Source of the DNA: the human T2T-CHM13v2.0 reference genome, Homo sapiens
DNA: 64,000 bases
Assembly (NCBI RefSeq): GCF_009914755.1
Contig: NC_060932.1
Reading direction: 5' to 3' (one strand)
A model generated the notes under the pieces. That model saw only the letters and a list, made by a program, of their open reading frames with translations, searched no databases and had not been told where the DNA came from. Both the position numbers and the translations under genes were made by a program. Shown here piece by piece: positions 14,370-27,850 of this stretch (position 1 is the first letter of the stretch; the number at the start of each line of letters is the position of its first letter).

Positions 14370-14610
14370 CAACAATTGTAAACTCATTCTTTCTATGTGT
14401 TGGCACTTCTCCCAGTCATTTATATGTTTACTCACATATTCCTCACTAAACTCCTATGGAACAGATACTTTCATTTTCTCCATGTTTACAGAGGAGGGAA
14501 ATGAGGAACAGAGAGGTTAAGAAACTTGCCCATAGTCATCCAAGTAGTGAGTTGCAGACCTGCGATTCTGAACCCCAACAATCTCATTTCTGAATTGGTG
14601 CTCTTAACTT
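14370..14610 (-). mobile_element. MIR
   Basis: tttacagaggagggaaatgaggaacagagaggttaagaaacttgcccatagtcatccaagtagtgagt core. Confidence 0.8.
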
Positions 14611-14757
14611 CCTATTAAATCCCATCTTTTGGAGAAGTCCGAGAGGTCAGGTGGAGAATATCAGCCTCTTCTTCTCCATCCTCTCTCTGCTTCAAGTAAC
14701 TTCACCGGAAAGTAAATCATACAAAGAGAAACTCAATGACAATAATAATAACTCCAT

Positions 14758-14911
14758 GTCTTCCTTTCTTCCTCCTTCTCCATCTTCCTTCTTTCCTTCT
14801 TTCTCCTTTCTTCCTCCCCTCCTTTCTCTCTTTTTCCCCTCCCTCCCTCCCTCCCTCCCTCCCTCCCTCCCTTCCTTCCTTCCTTCCTTCCCTCCTTCCT
14901 TCCTTCTTTCC
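14758..14911 (+). repeat. Polypyrimidine (CCTT)n/(CCCT)n simple repeat
   Basis: ccctccctccctcc...ttccttccttcc. Confidence 0.9.
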
Positions 14912-15684
14912 AGTTTTATACCACAGTCGTACCCATCATGCCTGGCCCACCCCAGGAACCAGAACTACAAAAGTGAATGCAAATTTGTCCCTGCCATGGA
15001 ATCATAGTCTGGTGGGAAGAGCAGAGGTGCAGCAGCATTAAAAATTTAACCTGGATAAACAAGGCCCAATGGAAGCATCTGGCAAACCCCAATGCAGATA
15101 ATGCTGGCAGGAAAGAGCCAGAGGCCAGCAGAAAACTGACTGAGTTCATCAGCAAATTAGGAAAACGTGTCTGGGCCTAAGTCAAGATTGACTCCTTGCT
15201 CCTAAGGCTGCAAGGGAGAGGTGTGGTCTATACAGCTCACAGGTAGGAAATAAATCACTGCTAGCTGTTCCTAAGGAAGAAGTGAAAAAGCCTCCAAATT
15301 GCCAGGTTTCAAGTCAACCTCATCAGGGTTTACAGAAAGGACAGGAACAGAGAAGAGTGGATCACATAAGCAAATAACTGAAGGGGAGGAAGTTAGCATT
15401 ACACTAAGCAGTGTAATTTATCATTCTTTTGGAAGGAATTTTTTAAGGGCAAAACTTAAAGATACTATCTTGATCTGGTATTTGTTTAGTGGCATTTGTT
15501 TTGTGGATGGGTTTATGTTTTAAGAAAGGCCAGATGATACATGTAAGAATAAACCATTAGTTGAAAGCTGGAAATGCATGATCCCGATGAGAGGTCAAAC
15601 CGAAGCATGGGAAATACGTATTGGAGGGAAAGTGGAACATCCCACTTCTCATAGCCACTTCTCATTAAAAGAAAGTTGTATTAT

Positions 15685-15885
15685 GTCAGAGAGCAAGGTC
15701 TTTGAAATCACAAAGCTTGTTAAGACAGACTCTGCAATTTACCAACTATGGGTCAGTTTACAACCCTTTGAAAATTCTACTTTTCCATCTGTAGAATGGA
15801 AATGATAATAATATTTTCTTTGTAGGTTTTTCTCTAATAGTTAAACAAGATCATGTCTGTAAATAGACTTCCTGGTGTTGGGTCC
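15685..15885 (+). mobile_element. MIR
   Basis: ctctgcaatttaccaactatggg...ttccatctgtagaatggaaatgataata. Confidence 0.6.
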
Positions 15886-18219
15886 ATGATGGTGCCAGTT
15901 ATGCCAGTTATCCGTGGTTGCGATGGTGATGGTGGTAGTTGAAGCAATGTGTATATGGAAGGGAAAAGGGGTGGTTCTTTACTGTTTATTTCCACTGCTA
16001 TTGTCTTCAACTTTTCATTTAAATATGTGTAATAATTCACTCTAACTAAAAAGAAATAATTAACATTCTGGGACCCTTTAGACATAAGTACATTCCCAAA
16101 TGCCACAGTATATATCAAAACTGCAACCCATATATCTGTCTTTGGCAAGATCTGTGGGAGTTACTTCCCATAATGTTGATTTAAAAGCTTTGGTGACATG
16201 GCCCAAATATCTCCAATCTCTTCTTAATAAGGTTAGGCACTGTATTTAAACCCTGACTGAATTCACTGATATTTTCTGCTTGTCGGGGTAAGGCATTCTT
16301 AATGTTTTCTGCCTGTAAGTACACAGGAAATGTTGGTTTTCATCTCTGGGACTGCTAACCCCGGGAACGTGGAGCTCTGTCTTTGGGTTACTGGATGAAC
16401 TACAATCAGATACCCTTCCAGGGACTTACAGAGGCAGGGTCGGTGTGTACTCACTGCTAGGTGTATGTGTGATGGCAGTGTGCCAACTGGAGTCTTCCAG
16501 TCAGCTCAGTTGTCTGCTTCCCCCATCTCTACCAGGGGTGTCAGTGGCCTTGCTCTCACCATCACCCCCACTCACACGCCCAACCAGGCACTGCTAGGAA
16601 GAGCTGCAGTGACCAGCAGCCAGGCTGTGCAGAGGCAGAAACAGCAGCATTATCCTGGCTACGTCATTCTCCATGAAATCACTTGATCCGAAACCGTAGT
16701 GACAGGAAGAAGAAATTCAAGAAGGAGCCAGGTTTGAGCAAAGAAACCAGAATGGGGAAGAGGGTAAACGTTTTGGAGGATTCAATCTCATGCCTTTCTG
16801 AACAAGGAAGTAGCAAACTTCTTAATGAGCAAATGCTATCAACATTCTCTTTAAATCTGACACCCTAACTCAACACGATGCAGGGCATTTGGCATGGACT
16901 ATACTTCCTGTCACCATTTATTTTGGAGTTCTAAGATGTTTCTGACTCAAAAAATAACTGAAAGCCTATTTCTCTGCTGTCATAAATCAAATTAGCCCAC
17001 CCATCTCAACAGAACTTGGGCCCGATCCAGGAGATACATACAAAACAGAAAGAGATGAATAGCTTTTCAGAAGGGAAGATATTTGCTGCAACAGCAACAG
17101 GAGTGAGGACATGTATTTTCCCAAAGGATTTGGAGTAAATTCCCAGAGCCTACAGATGGCCTTTGAGTTTATCTGACAGACTCCCTTCCCATTTCAACCT
17201 CCTTTGAGGGTCTGGTCAGAAGGTCTGCATGCCAGTGGGGCAAAATAAAGGCACTCTGATGGCTTCGTCAGTGCCAACAGACACTCTTCTTGTGGGCCAC
17301 TGAGATCCAAAGTCCGGTGAAGAAAGAAAACAATCTTATGCGCATTTTGGACACCTTCACTGACCCAGCAGGGTGGTAAGCTGTGAGTGTCTTGAAAGAT
17401 GAACACACAACAGCCAGGAGAGTTCTGGTACAGGGGCAGCACTCAGTAAAAGCATGGTGATTGACTCATCACATCTGCTCAAAGTCCACTGTTAAACTTG
17501 ATTTCTGTACATTTCTCATTTATCCATCAGCTGCTGTTACCATTAAGGCACATCTTTGAAGACTGTTAAATTTTCCTCAACTTCATTACTGCAAAGCCAC
17601 ATTTTTCATGAAACCACCAGCAATTCCTTGTGCTTGTGTGACACCCCATATTTATACCACTTCTCACACTGTTGTTTTGCTTACCTCTACCACCCTATAG
17701 ACTGTGAACTCCTTGGGAGATGGAGAGAGAAGACTTGGTCTTTTTATCATTGTTACAACAGTGCCTAGGGTAGTTGACAGCATTTCGGAAGTGTCCAATA
17801 AATACTCCTTTACATAAAGTCTACACCCAAAGTTAAGGCATTTCTGAAGCATTTCAGCTGACATTGATCAATTCTAAGACTTCAGGAGAAAAGAGGTTTT
17901 TTTTTTTCCTCCATCGTGAATCAGAATTAGATTGTGCAATTTGCATGAGACAAACAACACTTTAATGCTTACCTTCACTTTCTATTATGTACTGTTCTCC
18001 TTCATGCTAATTCTGCTGTCAGAGGTCCAGGGGGAGACTGAAACACTTTAATTATGTCTCCTTTTGCAAAAATTTAAAACACAAGCAAGATTTTTTAAGT
18101 ATGTGCTTTTATTCAGTTGCTTTTTTCTGTTGCCTTTTTGTTTAAGTGGCTACCATTTCCTCTTTAAAAGTTAAGTAGAGCACTTTGGTCTTTATGGTGA
18201 AAGAAAGCATAATATCTTC

Positions 18220-18600
18220 CTTCAACATTCTGCAAATATTTGTTGAGTTCCTATTATTCTATTACTACAGGACATTGTGCCAGGAGCTAATGAGAGAAAT
18301 AGAAAGACAAAGCTGCTATTCTCATTGAGCTTAAATTCTAGTGAAGGGGACATAAGCACTAAGCAAATAAACAAGAAAATTTCAGGGCGTGGTAAATGTT
18401 CTAAAGAAAGTCAAAGAGAGGCGTGATGGAGAGGCTGCATTGGACCACTCTAGAATGAGAACAATCAGGGAAAGGCAGTCTAAGGAGGTGACATTTAATC
18501 TGAGAACTGAATTAGCCACAGAAGTTGGTCCCTAGACCTGAGGTAAGAGCATTCCAGGCAAGGGGTATGGCTGGCATGAGTCCAAGCTGGGAACAAGCCT
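18220..18600 (-). mobile_element. L2 fragment (3' region)
   Basis: ttcaacattctgcaaatatttgttgag...cattgtgccaggagct...gagcttaaattctagtg...aggaggtgacattt...agcattccaggcaaggg. Confidence 0.7.
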
Positions 18601-19429
18601 GGCTTGTCATAGCAACATCTCCTTTCTGTGTGGGAATCTGCTGGCCTGAAGGCTGCAGTGAGGTAACCCTTATGGAGCTGACTCCCAGGTCTGTATTGCC
18701 AAGTCTAGCTCTTCGTATTTTTGCAGGAAATCCTGGCTCCGTCAAAGACCCTGTGACAAGGACGATTCAACATAGTCACCCAGCTAAGCTATTAAGCATC
18801 TATGTTTTGGTAGGCGTTAGGCATAAACCAACCTTATTAGCCCCCCAAGATCATCAATAAACTTTACATGTTTTCTGTTCTGGCTACCCTGATACTGGAA
18901 TTACCATCTTCTTCATTTCCGATGTGATTCTGCATGCACACACTCCAGTTTAGAAGGGCACGATTTGGGGGAGCTTTCTGTTAAATTACTTATTTATAGT
19001 TCATGATTTATACAATAGAGAGGCAAAGAAGTCCCTTGCCTGTCCTTTACCCTTGCACACATGCACACACACACGTTCTACATATTTATATAAAGTTAAG
19101 CCCCTTATGCCCAATCAGTCCAACCAGGAGATTTTTCTCATAAATGAATTTCCGTGGGAAGTAGTGGCAAGTCTGTGGCCCCAAAGGTAAACAGAGTTGA
19201 TGTGCATGCTGTCCCCTCTCCCTCTCTGAGCCCCATGGGACTTGTTCTTTCTGAGCTTGAGGGGCCCGCCACACAGAGCAAGGCATCCTGTGCAGGCTGG
19301 GCCATCCCTCAGGGAAACGTAGGGCCACAGGAGTTGAGCATTACTGAGACGTCAAGTTTTTGCTTCTCACCCCTAAGCCTCCCCCATAAAGGCCAGCGGA
19401 GGGCTTTCTTTTTAAATTTTTGTTTTAAC

Positions 19430-19660
19430 TAGAGAGTTTATCAATGCTTACAAGATGCAAAGGACTATTGGTGGTGCTTTCCCATGTTTCCTCATGCAAT
19501 CCTTGCCGTCCTCCTATGAGGCAGGGATTGCCCTTGCTTTGTGAAAAAGGAGACTGAAGATCAGGCAGGGTGTGCAAAAGTGCCTTTGCCACACAGCTAA
19601 TGACTTTGTGTTGAGCTGGGATTTGAACTGAAATCTAACACTGAAGTCTACTTCTTTTTC
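19430..19660 (-). mobile_element. MIR
   Basis: cctatgaggcaggg...aaaaggagactgaag...cacacagctaat...gagctgggatttgaac. Confidence 0.65.
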
Positions 19661-20225
19661 CTTCAGGATGCGGCACGAGCTTCCTAAAAAGCCTGGTCTG
19701 GGCTATGTGTGTGCTACCCCAGAGGCATGGAACGTGGTTTAGTCCTCGGTTGACTGGCGGAATTTCCTTTACTCTGAAATTTGTGTAATTTGATTCCTTA
19801 GGAGGTTTCTTGACTCAATGAAAAGAAACGATAAGAAAAGACAGTGAGTAAGAAATAGTGGGGTGGAGGCAGAGAAAGGCAGGGAAGAAGAAGGAAGAAG
19901 AAAAGGAAAACACACATTTATGGAGGTCCTGCTGTGTCCTAGATACTGTGCTAGGCTCTTCACTTATACGCAATCCCCTTAAAATTCCCCATTCCTGAAC
20001 CTTTAACTCCTAGTGTCACACTAATCACCCAGCAATTTAAGAACTGCTAGTCCATGGAAAGTCCCAGATAGCAACTTGAAACAAACAGCAACTCAAAGAT
20101 GTTTTTATTTTTTAATGCCAGAGATTAAAATTCCTGGGAAAACCAGTATTCTGTGCTTGGGCACCTCCTTGTGGTCACCTGCAAAGACACATCCAGGAAT
20201 TTGGGACCTTGAAGGACTATTAAAA

Positions 20226-20737
20226 CATGGAGGGCATTATACTCAGTGAAGTAAGCCAGAAGAAGGACAAATACTGAATGGTTCTGCTTATATGTAAAAA
20301 CTAAAAGATTCAAACTGATAGAAGCAGAGAATAGAGTGGTGCTTGCCAGGAGCTGGAGGGAAAGGGAAGTGGAGAGATGTTATTCAATGGGCAAAAAGTC
20401 TCAGTTGTGCAAGATAAAAAAGTTCTAGCAACCTGCTCTACAACATTATGCCTATGGTAAACAATATGGTATTGCACATTTCAAAATTTGTTAAGAAGGA
20501 GGATCTCAGGGTTATTATCTCAAAAAAAAAAAAAAGAAGAAGAAGAAGATGACAAACAAACAAAAGCCCAGAAAGAGACATAAGGAAACTTCTGAAGGTG
20601 ATGGATACATCTATTACCTTGATTGTGACATCATACAGATTTGATACGTCCAACTTATCCAATTGTCAAATTGTATACATTAAACATGTGCAGTCCTATT
20701 GTACATCAACTATACCTCAATAAAGTGATTAAAAAAT
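20226..20737 (+). mobile_element. L1MA10/L1MB-type LINE-1 3' end
   Basis: cattatactcagtgaagtaagccag...gaaggtgatggatacatctattaccttgattgtg...caactatacctcaataaag + A tail. Confidence 0.8.
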
Positions 20738-20904
20738 TATATTGCCTGGCAAAAGCCAGCTCAAATAACAAAACAAAACAAAAATGACTTGTTGATCTGT
20801 TCAGCAGACCAATAAACCCTTCTGTCACATTCATAATGTAAATAGATAATGAAAATGTGTTCCTTAAATATTAATGTCTGTCCTCTGAGTGTTTTCCAAC
20901 AGAA

Positions 20905-21090
20905 ATATCTGGGGAGAGGCTTTGGAATCATAAAGAGTTGGAATTAAAATACTGTTGTGCCACTTACCAACTTTGGGACAAGCCGATCTGTCTGCACCTC
21001 AATCTCCCAGTCTGTGAATTGGGACCAGTGATTCCTACCACCTGGGGGTACTGTGGACATTCACCAACACGATGGATGTGAAAGCATCCC
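20905..21090 (+). mobile_element. MIR
   Basis: tgccacttaccaactttgggacaag...cctcaatctcccagtctgtgaattggg. Confidence 0.6.
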
Positions 21091-21218
21091 ACTTATCTCA
21101 GTGGTTAAGGTATGCCAGTGCCTTCCTTTCCCTCCTCTTTGCCTTACTTATATGCAGAATTATTTCCACAGACTGATCTGCCATTAAACACTCTCAGATT
21201 AGAATAAATGTTGCTTTG

Positions 21219-21498
21219 GGCCAGGCGCGGAGGCTCACCCCTGTAATCCCAGCACTTTGTGAGGTGGAGGCGGGCGGATCATGAGGTCAGGAGATCAAGA
21301 CCATCCTGGCTAACACGGTGAAATCCCGTCTCTACTAAAAATACAAAAAATTAGCCGGGCGTGGTGGCGGGTGCCTGGAGTCCCAGCTACACAGGAGGTT
21401 GAGGCAGCTCCCAGGAGACGGAGCTTGCAGTCAGCTGAGATCGTGCCACTGGCACTCCAGCCTGGGAGACAGAGCGAAACTCCATGTCAAAAAAAAAA
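21219..21498 (+). mobile_element. AluY with a small internal deletion in the right arm
   Basis: gagatcaagaccatcctggctaacacggtg and ggagcttgcag diagnostics; gaggcag joined to ctcccagg without the gagaatggcgtgaa segment; TSD agaataaatgttgcttt / agaataaataatgcttt. Confidence 0.88.
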
Positions 21499-22269
21499 GA
21501 ATAAATAATGCTTTGTTTCTAAACTTCATCCCTCTGCCCCTCAAGTCTAAGGGAACAGCCCATTCCCGTAAGAAATAGTAGGAGTAAAGTAAGAAAGTTG
21601 GTGAGAGAGAGCAGATTGGCTAACTTTGGGGATGTTTCAGGGTGAGATGATCACAAATGTGAAAGAGTTGAGCCGAAAGAGTTGTTTGTGGTAAGTACTG
21701 TTGACAAGCCTTCAGCTCAGGGACCCGCCTGGTGCGTTCTCGGCAGGTTGCAGATCCAGTCCGCCCATGACCCTTTCTGAGTGAGCAGTTCACCTGCTGT
21801 GTGCAGCCACCTTGGAGAGGCGTCCTGCACTCACCCAAGCAGGGGTGGCTGCTCCTGCGGGCACCAGAGGAACACCTGCTTCTTAAGCACGGAAAACCAA
21901 TGACAAGGCCATTATTCTCTTTTTGTATTTATTCCCCTGACTGCTGCAGCCAAAATATACCTGTGGTTTACCTTTCACAAAAGATGTCTTTTCTGCCTTT
22001 AGTTGCAAGAATATTTCCAAAGCAGATGCCAAACTGTACACTGATGCCAAAAGCAAGTATTTGCAAAACTGTAAAGGAAGGAGAAGAAAACATCAGCCTC
22101 TTGGGAAGCTACCAAAGGAGAGAGAACCTGGACTCAGTTTGTTCTGCTCTCTTTTAGGGAAGGAGGAGTGAGCTCCTAGCTAGTGAGAGGCCTCTGTACG
22201 TTGGGACTGTGCATTCACTAACTCCACTGTCCTTACATTTGCCATTTATTTGAAAAAGATGACCTGTGT

Positions 22270-22410
22270 GTACGAGGACCTGGGTTTGAATCTTGACTTG
22301 TTATATATGGGTTGTGAGACCCTGGATAAACCACTGAACTTTTTCGGGCTTCAGATTCCTCATCTGTGAAACAGAGACCATAATGCCAACCTTATTCTAA
22401 TTTTGTGGAA
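22270..22410 (+). mobile_element. MIR
   Basis: gacctgggtttgaatcttgac...gtgagaccctggataaaccactgaac...cttcagattcctcatctgtgaaa. Confidence 0.7.
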
Positions 22411-22964
22411 AAAGAAAAGCATAATAACAAATGCAAAATCCTAGCAGAGTTAATAGGACAGAAAAGGTACTCAATTGGCTATTGTTTTTAATTAATGGAA
22501 AAATGATATTAAACAATAGCTTTCTAGAAAATGTATATGTTTGTGGTATATTAACATAAAAACATGTTAAAAAACAAGTAATAAAACTGTATATGCGTTC
22601 TTCAATATCTTGAAGAATGGACCCCAAAATATTATTTCTGGGTCATAAAATGCTAGGCAATTTTTATTATTTTCTTTATGGTTATCTATATTTTCTATTT
22701 TTTAAAATAATGAACATGTATTGCTTACATAATAAAAAAGTAAGGACAACTGAGACTGTAGAAGACTATTAATGGCCCAGAATAAAGTTCAAGATATATT
22801 GTTGTAAACAAAAACTTTGATACATATAACACCAGAGCACATGTGAAGAAAAAAGTTTCTAGTGGTCTCTGTGGAAAAATGGTAGGAGTTTTTAGTTTCC
22901 TTTTTTTTGAAGCCATATTTTCTACATTTTTATATTAGTTCATTAAGTCATTAAGTCCCTTAAG

Positions 22965-23170
22965 AGTCCATTAAGGCAACTCTCTACTAGTATACCACCA
23001 TAAATTTTCATCCAAACTAGGATTCTCATGCATGAACCAGGATGTATGTTAACCCTAGTTGTGAATCATATGTTGGGGTTTATGCTTTGAATGCATGGTC
23101 AACAATGGATCAAGGACAATTTGTTGTTGCCTGCCTCAAAAGATTTAGAGCCAATGAGTGATTCCACTCT
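22965..23170 (+). repeat. Copy 1 of ~205-bp local direct duplication
   Basis: Aligns end to end with 26997-27200 (agtccattaaggcaa...catccaaactaggattctc...tagagccaatgagtgattccactct). Confidence 0.9.
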
Positions 23171-23238
23171 TTATATTAATTCTCAAAGTCCTGAAAAGAG
23201 AAAAAGTACTATTGAATTGTTTAATAAAAATAAAATGT

Positions 23239-23525
<287 letters not shown>

Positions 23526-23675
23526 TAATGTATGCAAAATAACAGACATTGATGATAAGAAACAAACATCATGCACATATATAAAATAAGTTAATTTAAA
23601 TAGTAGATATGTGCGTCACCAAGCCTGTAGCAACAATGGTGAATCAATAGCATATTCACTATCCTTTAATGTCCC

Positions 23676-26071
23676 TGTCTTAGTTTGTTTGCTCTGCTAT
23701 AACAAAATACCTGAGACTGGGTAATTTATAAATGACATAAATGTATTTTCTTACTGTTCTGGAGGCTGGGGACTCTAAGATCAGGGCACCAGAAGGTTGC
23801 ATGCTGGTGAGGGCTGCTCTCTGCTTCCAAGATGGTGCCTTGCTGCTGTACCCTTTGGAGGGGAGGAACATTATGTCCTCACATGGAGGAAGGTGGTAGG
23901 GCATGAGCCAAACACTGCATGAATCTCATTTGTAAAAGCCTTAATCCCATTCAAGAGGGAGGAGCCCTCTTGGCCTAATCACTTCTCGAAGTCCTTACCT
24001 TTGAATATTATCATGTTGGTGACATGGATTTTGGAGAGAACAGCTTTCATACCATAGCATTCTTCCTATGGCCCCCAAAAATTCATGTCCTTCTCACACA
24101 CAGAGTACATTCATTCCATTCCAATGGCCCCCAAAAGTCTTAACTCATTCCAGCATAGAAATTAAAGTCTAAGTCCAAAGTGTCATCTAAACATGTGAGT
24201 GAGACTCAGGGTATGATTCATCCTGAAACAAATTTTCCTCTAGCTGTTAGCTTGTAAAATCGACAAGTTATGTGCTTCCAAAACACAGTGGTGTTTGGAT
24301 ATTTCTACTCCAGAATAGATATTTCTACTCCAAAAGGGAGAAATAGGCAAGAAGAAAGGGGTAACAGGCTCCCAGTAAATTCAAAATCAAATAGGGCAAA
24401 CATGAAGAATTGAGGTTTGAGAATAATCTTGTTTGACCCCATGCCCCACTTTCTGGACACACTTGGGTGAATGTTAGGTCCCTGAATGTCCTGGTGGCCC
24501 CACCCCCATATCTTCGCTGGGCACAGTCCATGCTGCAGCTCTCATGGGTTGAAGTCCAGTGTCTGCAGTTCTTCCAGGATAGAGTTGCACACTGATGACT
24601 CTGTAAGTCTGAAATCTTGGGGATGTCCCCACTCGCATGGCTCTGCTGGGCATTGCCCTAGTTGGGGCTTTCTGCAGTATTCTTAAGAATCTGGGTGGAG
24701 GTAGACATACTGCTACAGCTCCTGTACTCTGCATACCTGCAGAGCTAGCACCATGTGGATGCCACCAAAGCTCACTGCTTGTGTCCTCTGAAGCAGCAGC
24801 CCAAGCTATACCTAGACCCACTTAAGCACAGATGGAGTAGCCAAGGAGCACCAGAATGGAGGGAGCAGAGACTTGAAATGACCTTGGGCAGTAAGTCCTG
24901 AGGTCCCATGGGCATCTCCCTTGAAACCGTTTTGCCTTTAAGGCCCTGGCACTCTGAACCTGTGATAGTTATGGCAGCCTTAAAGATTTCCAAATTGCCT
25001 TCAGGGTCATTCTCCCATTGTCTTGATGAATAGCACCTGGCTTGCTTCTATCCAAACCAGTATCTTTATCAAACAGTCACTTGGCCACGCCCTTAGTTTT
25101 CTCCCCTAAACACATTTTATTCTATACATGATCAGACAGAAAATTTTCCAAACGTTTGTGTTCTGCTTCCCTGTTGATTATAAATTCTACCTTTAAATCA
25201 TTTCTGTCTTCTTACATTTTACTACCAGTAGTTAAGAAAAGTCATGCAGCACCCTGAACACTTTGCTGCTTAGAAATTTCTTCTGCCAAATGTCTAGTTC
25301 ATCATTCGAGTTTTGCCATCCACAACATTCTAAGACATAGAATGATTCAGCAAGTTGTTTGCCACTTTACAACAAGAATGACTTTTCCTCCAGTTTCCAC
25401 CATCTTGTTTCTCATTTCTGTTGGAGATCTTATCAAAATAGTCTTCACTGTAATGGCCACTTAGATCATCTCTAAGACTAAGGCTTTCTCTACATCTCTC
25501 CTCTTCTTCCAAGCCCCCAGAATCATCCTTAATGCTCTGTTCACAGTAATCCAAGCTTTTTCTAACATTCACTTGAAAACAGTTCCAGCCTGTACCCATT
25601 ACCCAGCTGCAAAGCTGCTTCCACATTTTTAGGTCTTTGTTATGCCAACATTCTACTCTTGGTACCAGTTTCTATCTTAGTCTGTTTGTGCTTCTATAAC
25701 AAAACACCTAAGACTTGGTAATTCATAAAACACAGAAATTTATTTCTCACAGTTCTGGAGACTGGTAAGTCCAAGATCAAGGTCCTGGCAGGCTTGATGT
25801 TTTGTGAGGGCTGCTCTCTGCTTCCAAGATGGTGCCCTGAATGCTACATCTTTTAGAGGGAAGGAATGCTGTGTTTTCACATGTGAAGAGTGAGAATGCA
25901 AAAAAGCCAAATGCTGCATGAAGTCTCTTTTATAAGGTTCTTAATTCCATTCATGAGAGAGGATCCATCACGGCCTAATCACATCTTCAAGGCCTCACCT
26001 CTTAATACCATCACGTTGGCCATTAAGTTTCATTACTTGAATTTTGGAGGGGACACATTCAAACCCTAGCA
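23676..26071 (-). mobile_element. Complete MST-type (MSTC/MSTD-like) MaLR: LTR 23676-24059, internal 24060-25672, LTR 25673-26071
   Basis: Two homologous LTRs (tgtcttagt...ccatagca / tatcttagt...ccctagca) flanking a MaLR internal region that starts gaaactggtacc on the minus strand; 5-bp TSD gtccc / ttccc. Confidence 0.9.
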
Positions 26072-26089
26072 TTCCCAAGCCAGTCTTGT

Positions 26090-26440
26090 TTCTGCCCTGA
26101 GTGCCCTTGCTCACACTGTTCCCTTGGCCCAGAATTTTTTTTTCTCTGCACTCTGCCCTGACCTTCTTTTATCTCATGTCCAGCTGGACAGCATCCAGGA
26201 TTCAGCCCAGTGTTTCTTCATCCATGAAGATTTGTCAGGCATTTCCTGGCAGACCTCTTGCCATTCTCTTGGCACAATGTGCCTACGTTTATGGTAAAGT
26301 CTACAGCACTTTATTGTTCTGAATTGTCCACATTTCTCTCTTCCCCTCCTATAGTGCAGAAACTGTACTGCATGCACCTCTTTATCTTAATACCTAGCAA
26401 AGTGACTGCACCATAATATGTGCTCCATAAATGTTGACTA
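26090..26440 (+). mobile_element. L2 3' fragment
   Basis: cccttgctcacactgttcccttggcc...cctagcaaagtgactgcaccataatatgtgctccataaatgttg. Confidence 0.6.
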
Positions 26441-26811
26441 CAAAGTAAATTATTTAATCTAAATCCTGTTTTATACGTACCTTTAGGGTATATTGTTATC
26501 AATTTCTCCCAGTCTGAACATGTGGTTATTGGGAAAGTTTGAGTCAAATTATAGATGTAAATCAACATCACTAGGCATCACAGGGATAACCAAAATAGAA
26601 ATAATAAAGTAAGTGACTAATATTGGAGCTAAACAATGGTAATTTATAAATAAAAAGGAAGTAACTAAAAATCATGATCGTATCAAGACAATATCCTTAT
26701 TTGTAAGGCACTGTTGCCCTAAACAGAAAGAATTCAAACTCTATCTGTGAATATGTGCATAGGAGGAGTATTTTGACTTCACTGAGTGTTGTCTGATAGC
26801 TGGAATTCTTG

Positions 26812-26945
26812 GTATGGTCATTCTCAATTATGGCTATACATTAGAATTTTAAGGAACGTTTTTTTAATTATGATGATTCATAGATTTCAATCCTACCCCA
26901 AATCAATCAAGACAGTATCTCTAGGGATTCAGACTTGGAATTGAG
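26812..26945. mobile_element. MER5-like hAT fragment
   Basis: ggtcattctcaattatggctatacattagaat...cctacccca...tatctctaggga. Confidence 0.45.
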
Positions 26946-26996
26946 AGTTATTTGTCTGTGAAATGGAGGAAAGGTCTTGTATTTTAAACTAATTTA

Positions 26997-27200
26997 AGTC
27001 CATTAAGGCAAGTCTCCATTAGCATACTACTACAAAATTCATCCAAACTAGGATTCTCCCGAATGAATCAGGACATATGCTCACCCTAGCTGTAAATCAT
27101 ATTTTGGGTTCATGCTTTAAGTGCCTGATTAAGAATGGACCAAGGACAATTAGTTGTTGCCTCTCTCAAATGATATAGAGCCAATGAGTGATTCCACTCT
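26997..27200 (+). repeat. Copy 2 of ~205-bp local direct duplication
   Basis: Aligns end to end with 22965-23170. Confidence 0.9.
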
Positions 27201-27472
27201 CCCTTGGAATCCTTAGAAATTCTGTGCCAAATGAATTTGCTGTCTTGGTGGTCTCAAAAGAACAGGGATGAGAGTTTGGAAATGGGTAGAAAACTGACAG
27301 CTATAAAAAAATTTAATACTCAGATACTGGAGATAAAATATGGCCATATATTCTGTTTCTCTCCAAAGAAGTGGTTACTCAAACATCTGATATCAGAGGC
27401 AAAGGTGAGAATAGTAGAGTGTTATGAGATCATTCTAATGTCATTCTTATTCTGTATTTGTGATAGTCCTTT

Positions 27473-27850
27473 TGTATTAGTGTGTTCTCATGCTGCTAAT
27501 AAAGACATACCCAAGGCTGGGTAATTTATTTAAAAAAAAAAAAAGAGAGAGACAGAGAGGTTTAATGGACTTACAGTTCCACATGGCTGGGGAGGCCTCA
27601 CAATCATGGCGGAAGGTGGAAGGCATGGCTTATACGTGGCAGCAGGCAAGAGAAGAAGTGCCAAAAGGAAAAGTGCCAGAAGCTTGTAAAACCATCAAAT
27701 CTTGTGAGAACTCACTCACTATCACAAGAACAGTATGTGGGAGTCCATGCCCATGATTCAATTATTTCCACCTGGCCCTGCCCTTCACACTTGGGGATTA
27801 TTACAATTCAAGGTGAGATTTGGGTGGGGACACAGAGCCAAATGATATCA
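27473..27850 (-). mobile_element. THE1C-like solo LTR (MaLR)
   Basis: tgtattagtgtgttctcatgctgctaataaagacatacc...gagatttgggtggggacacagagccaaatgatatca; perfect 5-bp TSD ccttt (27468-27472 / 27851-27855). Confidence 0.92.

Noticed and set aside
14651-15041. Pro/Ser/Phe/Leu-rich ORFs
   Set aside because: Produced by translation through the (CCTT)n/(CCCT)n simple repeat
25330-25626. 98-aa ORF in the MST internal region
   Set aside because: Degenerate MaLR internal sequence; no intact long ORF
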